A model generated the notes under the pieces. The model was not told where the DNA came from. It did no database searches and saw only the letters and a list, made by a program, of their open reading frames with translations. A stretch of DNA of 64,000 nucleotides from the human T2T-CHM13v2.0 reference genome, Homo sapiens. Below are positions 30,248-43,678 of the stretch, piece after piece (position 1 is the stretch's first letter; each line of letters begins with the position of its first letter). The translations under genes were made by a program, and so were the position numbers. The stretch lies in assembly GCF_009914755.1 (NCBI RefSeq), contig NC_060931.1. One strand, 5' to 3'.

Positions 30248-32136
30248 CTCTAGAGTGCACTTAAAACTGACGCACATGCTTGCATGATATGACTCTGTGA
30301 TGATGTATTTTAAAGTTAAATTACAGACTTCATAACACTTGCAGTAAACTCAGCAGTAAAGACTTGAATGAATTTAGGAATTCATTGTAATATAATACAT
30401 GTGGAAGGTATGGATTTAGAGCCCAGTTATTTACAACCTGTGGTAAACCCAATGAATAACATAGCCTGCAAAAACTTTTCAAAAATGGGAGGCTTTGGTC
30501 TTGTTTACCTGGAGTATAGGGAGGGACTTCCCTTACCCAAGTAGTGGTCCTATAAATTACCATCTTAATGGATACTCTTGGCTACTGAGTCATCAGAATT
30601 TTAAATTTACTTTAGTATTACAAACATTCATTGAATGCCTGCTGTGAGCCAGAGGCTGTAGGAGGGTACAACAAACAATAAAATAGTCTCTGACCTGGGG
30701 GAGTTTATAGCACAGTAGAAATCATGCATAACATATCTTCACCAAGGCAACTTCCAATTACAATGTTCCAATAGCCTGTGATTGTAAAAATAACCTACAG
30801 TTTACCCTAGTTTCACTCCATGTGAAACCAGGCAGCTCTCCTCATTGCCTTTTGTATTATTTCCATGTGGTCTGAGCCATATAGACATTTACATATTTTG
30901 CCAAAGAACTACCAGATAGTAGTGGTGTAACTATTTTATCTAAAAAAGCAAAAATACATAAAAACTACAAATACTGAAGAGAAGTAGGCCCTCTGAAAAA
31001 ACTAGATGTTTTAAAAGAGGATTCATAGAAAAGCCTCAACAATTTCACTCTATTGTGAAAATGTCACTTTCACCTCTTAAACTCTGGAACCAAGGAAATG
31101 ATTGGCAGTGTCACCAGCATTGTTGGGGTCTCCAGCCTCCCTTTTTGCCTTTTTGGGAGCATGCCCTACCTGATCACGTGTAATAATGTGTCTTAGCACT
31201 TGCTACCTTAGCTAAAGGAATGCTCTTAGGACACCGCCAACTGCCCATCTATCCATCATTTCCCTTCACTGGAGATGGCACTCGAGGCAGTGTGGGTGGT
31301 TGCATAATTACTGACATGTCTGCATGTAGGAATGTGGCCTGAAACATTCTAAACTTAGAAACTATTCAGATCAGACCTTGTAGATGTTGTTTTTGGAGAG
31401 TGATAACTGTGGCATTCTCCAGGGCTTGTAAAATGAGCTCTGACATTGCCAACCATAGATTCCAGCTTTAATAGCGATCTGTTCAATGAGTAACCATAGT
31501 CCGGAGAACATTCATTCTTCTTTTTACAACCTGATTCCATCAATTATTATTTTTTAAATTGGGGTTTCACTTGGCTATAGGAAGATAATTTTATGGAAAG
31601 GGGTAAAAATTTGGTCAGCCAGGGGGAAAAAAAGGTAAAAATAGTAAGCAGGCTTGAGATCAGTTGTATTTTTAACTTTATATTAGCCAAGCATTGGAGT
31701 TCGTTTCCTTTCAACTGATTAAGTTACATGTCTATATGGTGAATAAACTTTGCAGAAATAGCAAAATTTGTCTCTATGTCACTAATAAATGATTTATTGT
31801 CTCTCTCAGAGTCATACTTATATATATTATAAAGAAATGTCTCAGAAATAATTTGTTTTTCTAAAACCGGTTTTATGTGAATTCTCAAGGCATTTTGCAA
31901 GTGTGGATTGGTGTCCGGGATAATTGTAATCATAGACCAGAAAAACCATTGTGACTTCCAAGAGTCACATGATCATACCTTAGTGTTTCGAAGGATCAGG
32001 TGGTTTAGCTCATTAGGAGGTCTCTTTTTATGAAGACAAATCATTTTTACAACTGAAGTTTTTTACTGACTGGGTACACTTTTGCAGTTGCCTTAATGGC
32101 TACCCAAAATGATACTATGATTAAAAATGTATTCTG

Positions 32137-32431
32137 GGCCAGGCGTGGTGGCTCTCGCCTGTAATCCCAGCACTTTGAGAGGCCGAGGTGGGCAGATCAT
32201 GAGGTCAGGAGTTCGAAACCAGCCTGATCAACATGGTGAAACTCTGTCTCTATTAAAACTACAAAAAATTAGCTAGGCGTGGTGGTGGGCACCTGTAATC
32301 CCAGCTCCTCAGGAGGCTGAGGCAGGAGAATCACTTGAACCTGGAAGGCGGGGGTTGCAGTGAGCTGAAATTGTGACATTGCATTCCAGCCTGGGTGACA
32401 GAGCAAGACTCCATCTCAAAAAAAAAAAAAA
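32137..32431 (+). mobile_element. AluS (Sg/Sc-like)
   Basis: Full dimer; TSD GTATTCTG. Confidence 0.97.
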
Positions 32432-34244
32432 GTATTCTGATCCTGGTTTTGGTTTACAAATTTAAGCTAAATGCATGTTAAAGGGGAGTCTCAGGTTTTC
32501 TTTACAATATGAAGTGCAATAGAATGAAATCCAGTTCACTGTCCTATTAATACAAAATAATATAATAGCAAAAACAGCTAAGAATTAGATTCTTGCTATG
32601 CCTTCAAAGTAAAAGCCTCAGATTTCTCTTTTATCTAGTCATAAGTTCAGCACAGAGGTAATGAATGCATGTAGGTAATGAATGAATTAGTTATAAGCTT
32701 GCTACCCAAATGCTTCTTACATGCCTGTCTGGCATTTAAACCATCTCCATGCCGTTTCTTTTTCATTTGAGCCCTATTTCATTGTTTTTGGTAAAAGAAC
32801 AATTCTTTTGGATACAAATTGGATCATTTCATCCAAAGTAAAAGCTTAGCCCTGGTAAAATCTTTTCTTTTTTCCTTATTGCAAAGCCTTTGCCATGTTG
32901 GAATTGCAGCAAATGCCATCACAAACAACATTGTTGGGAGGGAAGTATGCCCTATTTCTTGTCTGCTTCCAGTTCTCTCCTAGACTGAGAGTGCGCCTTT
33001 CCAACCAAAGGGCTGCCATCTGAAGAATAAATTCATTTCAACAGTCATTAGAGCTGTCTGTTTGGTGTTTAGGAAGCTCTGGCTAAAGGTGAACTGGAGC
33101 AATTTTTTAAAAAGTAGATGACAGATATATTGAAGTAGGTCTGTTGTTTCCATGTGACATCACTTGGGTTCCATTCAAATTGGGAGCCTGACAGTGCCTG
33201 ATTCAGTGTGTCCAGGATTTAAGAAGCAGAAAAAATATAGTTGCACTATATCTTTAGGTGGACTGACTTTGAAGCTCATCAATTCACCCAGCATTTATGG
33301 GACACCCAATGTGTACCTCGTACTGGAAAATTGTGGGCATGTTGGGGTCTTATCAGCTGATATTTTTACACTGGAATTTTCTGGGCTTTTTGAGCTTGAG
33401 TTTTGATTTTCTATGGCTTTTTGTGGTGAACTTCAGAAACATTTTATTCAAATCACCAAATTTTCTAACATTTTCAGTAAGGTATAAAAGAAGAACAAGC
33501 AATGTCTGGCTCCCCAAGTAACAAGCCTCAGAGGATTTCTAGAGAACAAGTCATACCAGGCAAAGTTGTATGTCTGTGTGCTTGTTTTAATAGTATTGCT
33601 AAAGGAGTGGATAAAGGGAAATCCAACGTTGAGTAACTTACAAGCTTTTCATCAAGCTTTGAAACTTGATTAAACTTAGCTGCAAAATGAACACTGTTTT
33701 CACTGAGTGACCACAGAGTGAGGGTCAGGGTACGGTGCAGGGTGATCAGCTATCCTGCCTAACTTTGGGAGGTAGTAGTTGGTAGACTGCCTCAAACAGA
33801 AGAGTCTTCCTTTTTCAATGTCATTATTAATCTAATAGAAAAAGCAGAATTTTCCTGGTGTTACTAAATTGAAATGAGCCCTAAACTATAGAAAATTTTA
33901 AGAAATAGTAACCAGGAGCCCAACCAATTAGAAATGAACAGCAGGGATGTTCACTAGCTTTTACCGAGTATTGTTTTATAGGTGAGAAAACTAAGTTTGA
34001 GGGAGGTAAGGTAACTAGCCAAAAGTTCTACAACTAATAAGTAGCATCACCAGTAGTCATAGTTAGATGTGGTTGACTCCAGTCACATGGTTATTCCATC
34101 ATCCTTAAGGTAATTAAGCCCTAGTTTCAATATGATATGGCCATTAATATATCAAAATTGTTGCCTAAGTAAAGATGCCTTTGTGTTTATGTATTTACCT
34201 TACAGGAATTATACTTGCAAAGTATCTTTTATTCGCTTACTATT

Positions 34245-34955
34245 TTCACAGCTTTATTGAGATATCATTTACATATATTACAATTCAGTCATTTAAAGAG
34301 TATAATTCAATGATTTTTAGTTATTCACAGGATTGTGCCACAATTACCATAGTCTAATTTTAGAACATTTTAACCCCTCCTAAAAGAAACCAAACCCCCA
34401 TTAGCTGTCACTTCCCATTCCTCCTATTTACCACCCACCCCCAGCCCTAAGCAACTATTAATCTACTTTCTGTGTTTATAGATTTACCTATTCTGGGTAT
34501 TTTATATAAATGGAATCATACAATATGTTTTCCTTTGTCATAGGCTTCTTTTGTTTAGCATAACATCTTCAAGATTCACCCATTTTGTAGCGTGTATAAG
34601 TACTTGGTTTCTTTTTATGGCTGAATAATATTCCATTATATGAATATGCCACAATTTGTTTATCCATGTGTCTGTTGATGGACATTTGAGTTGTTTCTAC
34701 TTTTTGGCTATTATAAGTAATGCTGCTATAACTATTCGTGAGCAGGTTTTTAAATGGACATATATTTTCATTTCTCTTGGGTGTATACCTAGAAGTGGAA
34801 TTTCTAGGTCATATGGTAACTCTATGTTTAACTTTTTGAGGAGCTGCCAGCCTATTTAACACAGCAGCTGTACTGTATTACATTTCCATCAGCAATGTAC
34901 GTGGGTTCCAATTTCTCCACATCCTTGCCAGCACTTGTTATTGTCCATCTTTTTA
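34245..34955 (-). mobile_element. L1MB-family 3' fragment
   Basis: cagctttattgagatatcatttacata...ctaattttagaacatttt...ttccaatttctccacatccttgccagcacttg. Confidence 0.88.
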
Positions 34956-35569
34956 CTCCTCTCATTTAATTTTCATAATCCTATGAATTAGCCAAAGAAA
35001 AATATTCATAATGCTATTTTATAGATAAAACCCCCATGTCAACAAGAATCCTATTATGTGTGCAAATAGAGGGGAAGAAGTGGCATGGATAATTCAAAAC
35101 AACACATCATCCAAAAGTAGTTTAAAACTTTTTGAATCAGACACTTACAGCTATGTTGGATGTTAGAGATCATGTTTCCTACATTTTAAAGGTGATGAAA
35201 CTAGAGCCCAGAAAAGGGAAGTAAATTGATGAACACTGACATAAAGCTGCTTGGTAGCAAAGTCAGGACTAGAAGCTCTGTCTCCTTGGTTCCCAGGACA
35301 TTGCCTGTTCCAGCACAGCCTATTGCATTCTTCCCTAGGGGATGTATAAATTCATCCATATCATAGGAATGTCGTTTTCTTAACTCATTCATCTATGCTG
35401 ACCTTTTATTACAACAAATCTATCTGGTTTATTGTAATAAATTTCAGGTATTGGGAGATTAGCGAAGCTGAAACCTGCAATTGGGGAGCTCCTGATAGAA
35501 TTAGTTTCACATATTGCACATGATGAGACTGATATGCAGGCAGAAGGTTAATGCAGGCAGTGCTTCATA

Positions 35570-35785
35570 GTGACGTTTCTTGGGTCAGATTGCTTGTATA
35601 TGAATTCTGGCTCTACTGCTTACTGTTTGACACTTTCTGTACTCTGGTCTTATTTTTAAAATGGGAGCAATAATAGTATATACCTCACAGTATTGTTTTT
35701 ATAATTAAGTGAGATTATTTCTGTAAAGAGGTTAGCACAGCCCCTGGCTCCTAGATACCCTTCAATAAATGTTGACAATTATTAT
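35570..35785 (+). mobile_element. MIR SINE
   Basis: tgaattctggctctactgcttact...aaaatgggagcaataatagtatatacctcacag...caataaatgttg. Confidence 0.75.
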
Positions 35786-36216
35786 CACAAAACATTAACC
35801 TGCTCAGACCACTGAAAATGTTGTAATGTGAGATTTTATAGAAAATAAATGAATCATCCCCTTGAAAAAAGTAGCTTCACTAAAGGAGCAGGCCTAGAAA
35901 ATGTCTGTTTTCTAAAATCTTCATATTTTTGAGCTATATGGAAAATAATAAAATTCTCTTTGTTAAGAAAAAAACCTTAGTATGTTAACTTCCCATTCTT
36001 ACAAGTTATGAACTAATTTCCTTTATAATGTAACTTTGGGCAGTACCACACAACTTTGTGCAGAAACCAGCCAATTTGAATTGACCTCATGTTTAAAGCT
36101 GCGACAGTAGGAAAGCATAACTAAAGCACATATGCCTATCGTGGATGTAATGTATTAGTAGTGTTCTTCCTTAGTGTCTTTGCTTAAATATCAAGATGAA
36201 AATTCACTGGATTATT

Positions 36217-36287
36217 TTATGGGGCTGAATGTATAATTTGTATATTGGTTTATATTATGGGGCTGAATATATAATTTGTATATTGGT
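36217..36287. repeat. 33-bp direct duplication (period 38, 1 mismatch)
   Basis: TTATGGGGCTGAAT(G/A)TATAATTTGTATATTGGT at 36217 and 36255. Confidence 0.9.
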
Positions 36288-36289
36288 GT

Positions 36290-36540
36290 AGAAGAAAGGG
36301 CACCCAGTAGGAAATCAGAAGACAGGATTAGAATCCTAGCCCTTATCTTCCCTTATTCATGACCACAGGCAGTGTGTTCAGATGCCTGTAAGCTTCTGTT
36401 TCCTCATCGGGAAGTGGGGGGACAGGGGGTCAGCAGTTCCTATCTCAGAGGGTTGTCATGAGGACCACATGATAATCTGGGTATGACAGCCTTGCACACA
36501 GTGCCTGGCCCACAGTCAGTCCTCAGGAAATGACAGCTAA
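36290..36540 (+). mobile_element. MIR SINE
   Basis: ctgtttcctcatcgggaagtgggg...cctatctcagagggttgtcatgagga...cacagtgcctggcccacag. Confidence 0.8.
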
Positions 36541-37785
36541 ACAGCAATGTAGTGTTTAGGCAGTGGTAGTGCCACACATGAAATATGGAGGCAGATTCAA
36601 TGGTAAGTTTAGGTGAAGAAATTGGACATGTCCGTGTTCACATAGTATGATGATTCATGTCTACTCTGCTGTTGCTGCTGCTGCTTTCCTGTAACCAATT
36701 TTAGAGCCTATCTTGGCAGCTGGAAGTATTTGGGATTAATTTCACACTCACTTTATGAGTTGAGCGTTTTCCTGCAAGCAGCTCCCTGGGCCTCTGCCTC
36801 ATTACTTTGGCATCAACTGATATGTCAGTTGGACAGAGATGTCCTTTGGGGTCTCCATTTTATTTGGAAACCTTCAATTTGAAAAAACAAAACAAAGGCC
36901 ATCAACACATTGTGCTTGAAATCGTTAGCATTTATTGTTTCCTAAACCCCTCCCTTTCTGTAGTTCTGTTGAACACTAGGGAACACACATCTTGCTCAGC
37001 CAGTGATGCACCCTTAAAAATCGCTCTCCCTCAAATTTAAGTCCTAGCAGCTGGTTGGCCTCATTTCTCAGTTCCAGGTGAGCAGCGAGATCTTCTAGGC
37101 CTTGGTCTCAGAGATCTGAATCTTGATGGGTGTAGTTTTTCCAGTCTTTTTACTATGTTAATTCTGTTAAATTCATTTGGCTCTTGTGGGGAACACAGTA
37201 AACTTGGCTGTTACGTGTAAAACTAAATTGAGAACATGGAGAGCTGTTTAGTATTTCATGCTGGCCAGTAGGTCAGGAAGATTTTCCTTGGGGGTAATTT
37301 ACATAAGGAATTGTTTATCCCATTTCTTTCCAGTTTCTGTGACCATTTGGGGATAGCAGACTCCTTCCACAATGGCACAGGAATATATCCAATGAGACTG
37401 AGACTTAGACGATGCTTCTGTCCGATTGATATATTTTGGGCCTTGCTCAGGAAAGATCCTGTGGCTTGGACTGCTGTCTCACTGAGAAGTCATTCTTCCA
37501 TAACAGCTGTGTTTAGCAAGTTGGGTGGGTCCATGAACTGACATGTTGTTGCACTTAGTGAGGATTTTTCCCTTGATAGTGAGGAACGTGTGTAAAAGCA
37601 TCCTTTAAGTCCAGAAAATGCCCCAAATATTTGTTATGATCTGATAGCTGCTTAGAGTGCAGCCTCCATTAAGTAACACCCACACTCAGAATACTCTGTG
37701 GCTCCCCAGTGCCTACAGAGTTAAGTGAATGCTTTCACTGTGACATTTTGGTTCCTCTACAACAGTGCCCAGCCTACCTTTTTAA

Positions 37786-38119
<334 letters not shown>

Positions 38120-38161
38120 TTCAATATCTATTCTTTAGGACACATTTCAGATACCTCTTCT

Positions 38162-38588
38162 CATTGGTGTGCTAGTAAATAGCTCTCTGGGGAAGAAGGG
38201 GAAGGGTAGGAAGCCTGATTTTGTAACATTTGTGGATTTTCATGTAGTAAATACTTCCACCATGGCTGATTTCAGGCTACCAATGTGAGGTCCCTGAATG
38301 CAAAGTTGGGAAGAAATGTAAACCGTAGCCCATTGCAAAGTGTTTCCAACATATGGATACAATAGGCATAAATAACCTCAAGAAACTAGATAATAGTAGG
38401 AAGTAATGAATGTTGAGTATTTATTACCTTTGTTTTAAATGTAATTTATTTAGTTTTAAGTTTATGTGATTTAATTGTTAGTAATGGCCATGTGTGACAG
38501 CTGGCTTGCAAAATTTCTGAAAACTGAACAATAGGTTCTTTCTCCTGATGTGGGAGGAGCTGACTGAGCTAGTTCTGGCATACCACTG
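38162..38588 (-). mobile_element. MER63-family hAT-Blackjack element
   Basis: Termini cattggtgtgctag / ctggcataccactg; internal gtaaatacttccaccatggctgatttcaggctaccaa. Confidence 0.8.
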
Positions 38589-38746
38589 CTTCTTTCTCTA
38601 CCTCTTCCTTCCTAAGGCCCCCTACACTCAGCTAGTAGTAGTATGCCCATCTCTGAACCTACAACATGCTTAAGGTCTCAAACAAAATTTAGAGTGAGAC
38701 ACACTCCAGAGTTTGAATCCTGTTCTTTCATCTACTAGGTGATGGT

Positions 38747-39201
38747 CAGGCTGACTACTTATTTTGTGGATCCCAGTGCAAAATGAAAATGAGGGGCCCT
38801 TGTTCAAAATGCAGGAAGAAAGCGCTGTTAAAACCACTAAAATAAAAAGCTTTTTCTTTTCTTCAGTACTCTCTCTTTCACAGCTTCTGATGGTATTTTC
38901 TTATTTTCTTTTTAGTAGCTTTCTAAGTAAGAAAAAAACTAAAATTTCAAATAAGTAGCATGAATTTTACCATTAATCGTTACATTAATTCAGTTTTAAA
39001 TGCAAGTATGAGCATTTAACTCATGAGTGCACATGACTCCTCTGCGCATGTGCATGCTCCATTGCCCTATCAATTTTACTTACAAAACGCAAGCTCAAAA
39101 ATAAAATTACTAAGAATTTCAAGGCAGAGACAGCAGAGCGTTAAACAAGTTCAGGCCCGTCAAAGCTCGAGCACAGTTTGCACACCCTGCGTACAGTCCT
39201 G
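38747..39201 (-). mobile_element. MER45-family (hAT-Tip100), internally deleted, inserted in a MIR
   Basis: cccagtgcaaaatgaaaatgaggggcccttgttcaaaa...aagaatttcaaggcagagacagcagagcgttaaac; MIR halves at 38690-38746 and 39202-39350. Confidence 0.8.
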
Positions 39202-41375
39202 GGCAAATACCTTATATTTGCTGAGCCGCAGAGTTCTCATCTGTGAAAGAAAATATCAACTAAGTCGCAGGGGAGATGTGAGGATTGAAGGCACTGATAC
39301 CTGTATGGCACAGGGCAGAATGCTTGGCATGCGGCCTATGTTCAATTAATTGGAGGGATAGTTATTCACATAATAATCGCAATGTTAGTGGAATTCTCCT
39401 TTATAGCCTATAGAGTCTTCCTTATGTGGTCAATATTTGCCTCCTTGACTGATTTTCCTATTACAAACTCTTTGAAGGTGGAGATTAGATCTGTCACCAT
39501 TGAATTCCCTACAATACTTCCCGCAAATTCTTGCACATATCTGGCATTCAGTGGGTGTTTATGACCTTGATCCTTGTATGATTTGGACTTTTTGACAATA
39601 AGCATCTGTGTCATAATGTGATGGCCCCACAATGAGGCTTAATTGGTAACATTCACAGGAAGAAAAAGAGTATAAACTCAGACTTTAACAGGAGTCCGTT
39701 GTAATCATGGTGGGGGTGGGGGAGGAACACGATTCCAGGTGTTTTGGTTTAAGGAAAGTGGGCTCTTTCCATCTTTTCGAGGGGACTTCTTGAAGTAATG
39801 GGGAAGGGATGAGTTCCAAGCTCCGTTTGAGTAAAAGAGGCCCCAGGGATGTTAACTCTGGCCCACAGTAATCCGTCCCTTTGCTAACTTCTTTCACACT
39901 TACTTTCTGTTCTGCACAATTAGGACATTATTATAGTAATGTTTCTTCCCACTAATTGGCTGTGTATGTATGTTTTCTTTCCAACAAATTATAAGATCCT
40001 GTGGACTGTAAGATATTGTGTAGTTCTTTTGAATGTAATTGGGGAGTAGCACAGTACTAGGCACATAGCAAGCAATGCACTTTACATTATGCTACTCTTC
40101 GTTTAAACTTCCATGCCTCCCTGTAGAGCTAAATGTGAATTGTCATTGCCTTTTATAACTCCTGCAAGCCCTCAGCGAAGTGGCAAAGAATCTTGGTCGC
40201 CCCAGCAATTTCAGGCAAGGACCTTCAGTTGCTCTGCCTACATCTCTTTTCCAGTATCTCCGAGACACTCTGAGGGCTGTTTCTGTACAGCCCCTCTCCC
40301 AACATGGAATTTGGGAGACCACACAGCTGTACATTGTACTTGTTTGAATGATGATTTTTTAAAAAGCCCTTTGGGCCCGTGTCAATAAACCGTGAAATAT
40401 CACCAAATGGATCATCTGCACCAGACTTCTGAAACTCATCTGAACTCCAGTCCCCCAGCTGGTGGGGGCTTGTAGAAAGGAGCTCATATGGCCCTGGCTT
40501 TTGCTAATGCTGTTCTGGGGACTGTCAGACGCCTTGAGCCTCTGCGGCAGTCAGTTCATTACTTTTAATGAGCACAAAATTCACCAAGACATTAAACTAA
40601 AATAAAACACCAATGGGAAGTTTTGGATGTTTCATCCAATTGTTGCTTTAGTTCTTTTTTCCACAGAATTATTCAAAAAGATGAAAAAAAGTCAATTCTA
40701 CTCACTCCTGCCAATTTTATCCTAAGTAGATTTGGCATTGTAAAGTTAACACACCCTGAACTTTTTTTTTTTTTTTCTTTCAGGTCCCTGTGGGCTGGTG
40801 CCTGATATTTGTGTTAAAAATGACATTACTCAACTGGTCAAATGTTTGAACATTATCTACCTTTTAGATATAATAAAGAAATATTAGATATCTCAATACC
40901 ATGTAGCATCTAAAGACTAATATTAGAGGAAAGCGATGTTCTGAAAAAAGTGTAATGAAGTTATTTTGAACTACAAGGCAAATGCAATTATTCTTCTGAG
41001 AATGTTTTAATTGATTAATTTATGTGGCTGGTAATAAAGACTGTGATAACTTTATTAGAGGTTACTTATATTACCATATATTGAAGAAAGTCAATAGATG
41101 GCAAAGCAGACACTGAACACTGTCCCTGCTAAGCTTATTTTGTGGATATTTTCCACTTCTGGCCATATGGATTTGGAATTACTGTGGGCATTTTTTTTTA
41201 AAGAAGGAAGTGAGCAGATGAATGATAACTCTTTTATTACTTAACATAGCTTGTGTTTGTGGAAGACAAAGTTCATCAAGTTGTCTTGAAGAAAAACAAA
41301 AGTGTGCCAGACATAATTTGTTGAGGGCTCAATAATTGTGAAATTATCCCTAACCGAAGTTTGTAATATCTGCAG

Positions 41376-41558
41376 GTAATTGCTCTAGCAGATGCAGTGG
41401 AGGAAAACCAAGGCAATCTGTTCCAGTCATTCACCAGGCTGAAGAGTGCCACCCATTTGGTGATTCTGCTGATCGCGCTGTGGCAGAAGCTTAGTGCTGA
41501 CCAGGTTGCTATTCTGGAAGCGGCATTTCTGCCGCTACAAGAAGACACTCAAGAATTG
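41376..41558 (+). CDS. BBS9: Internal coding exon (183 bp, 61 codons, phase 0/0) of Bardet-Biedl syndrome 9 / PTHB1, C-terminal helical region
   Basis: Acceptor ...atctgcag at 41375 and donor TTG|gtaagg at 41559; open frame VIALADAVEENQGNLFQSFTRLKSATHLVILLIALWQKLSADQVAILEAAFLPLQEDTQEL, recognised from memory as human BBS9; CTAAC branch motif at 41350-41354. Absent from the ORF track. Confidence 0.93.
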
Positions 41559-43061
41559 GTAAGGACCTGAAAGCCTGTGGTGGGAACAGCCAGCATTATT
41601 GAAGTTTCGGCTTTAGGAAGATATCACATGGCTATCAGGTTTTCTAAGGTATCAAATAAGGGTTTGATTTTTTACAAAAATGCTGCTTTCCTTGTCTTTA
41701 AACCATAATAAAAATGTCAAACAAAGGCCTTTTTCTGTAGAGCTATTTTAAGAATAGGTATATAGTCAATTTTTATGTGGTCCAGTCTACTTTTTATGTG
41801 TTCTTCAATCACTTAGAAGCCAGGGAAACAGTCATTTGACAGTCTAGATGACAGCAGTAACCTTCAGATTAGCTAATCCTTTCCTTTTCCGCCAGAGAAA
41901 ACACTTCGGCCATTTTAATTTGCTCAACCTTCTTAAATTTAAGTGTCACTTCAAAGGTTAGAGAGAATGGAGATAGCCTTGCTATAACTGATGTGAATAG
42001 TTCCTTACATTTATAGAGTTCTTTATGTGTAGTTTATAAACTCTTTTACCCTCAGTCCTAGCATAGGCAGTTTAGAATGAAAAGAGAAAAAATGAGGGTA
42101 GTATTTGGCATTTTCAGGAAAGGATTATTTAACTTAAAACCTCTGAGATCCTTTGAATTGTAGAGATATATATGACCACCACGGGCCGTTCTGGGGGACT
42201 TTTTGTGTGCTTTTATTTACAAAAGAAAATACAAATCTCGGAAATTAGAGACCGTTGAACTTAGTTCTTCGTATTGGATGAAAACATTTCAAGGGGAAAT
42301 CATTTCAAATCCATTTTAAAACCTAGATTTGAGAACTAAAAATAGTAATATTAAAATGAACAATTTTTTTGAGTGGTTATTAGGTACCAGGTGTTAAGTG
42401 TTTTGTAAGAATTATTTACTCTTAAACATGGGCCAGTGAGGTAGTTAAAGTACTGTTTCCATCCCTGTTTTACCTATGGGAAAATTTAGGCTTTAAGAGT
42501 TAAGTACTTTTCTTAACTCTTTCTGTCTGCCTATATTTTAGTGAACAGGATCATGAATGTAATTTTGAAAACCACAGTTTTATCAGCTGAATTGAATATT
42601 CTACAGTTAGGTCAGAGGATTGCCAGATTTTTTTTTAAAAAAGAAGCTATATTTTATGTGCTAACCAAACTATTAATAAGTAAATTGGAAAAAGTTAGAA
42701 TACACATTTTTGTTTAGTGGTGAATGATATATTATAAGGTGATTGACAAAATTGCGACTAAAATTGACCTTTGAGAAACTAGAAATGGAGACACAACTGT
42801 AATACTAGAAAATAAATAATGGTTAGGATTATATTAATAAGAATGATAGCTGTCACTTATGAACTCAGATTTAGTAGTCAAACAGGTTTGGGTGACTTCA
42901 GTTATTGGTTCCACCACTTGGTGACAAAATCACTGTGGTTCAGTTTCTTAACTGTTCTAAATCTCTCTTCTGTAGCTGTAAGATGGAAACAATAGTAGGA
43001 CCTACCCAGTAAGTTGTAATAGGGATTAAATGAGATAATTACATAGAGTGCTAAAGATTAG

Positions 43062-43457
<396 letters not shown>

Positions 43458-43678
43458 CAGTCTTAGTAACTTTCATGGTTATTTGTCCATCTTCACAACT
43501 ACACTTAAGAATGATAATATCTTATTCCTTTTTATATCCTCAGTACCTGGCACAGTGCCTGAGCACAGAGCAGTCAGTATTTGTCGGGTAGATGAATGAA
43601 GGAAAGGGTGAAAACTAACAAATGGTGACCTCAAAGAATAGATGCAGTGGATGTAATCTGGAGCATGAGGAAGCGGGT

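Noticed and set aside
41345-41354. ATCCCTAAC resembling a U12 branch site
   Set aside because: Mismatched to TTCCTTAAC and fully explained as a U2 CTAAC; the diagnostic 5' splice site is outside the window.
41276-41548. 90-aa - strand ORF overlapping the BBS9 exon
   Set aside because: Antisense shadow of the coding exon; non-ATG start and no independent support.
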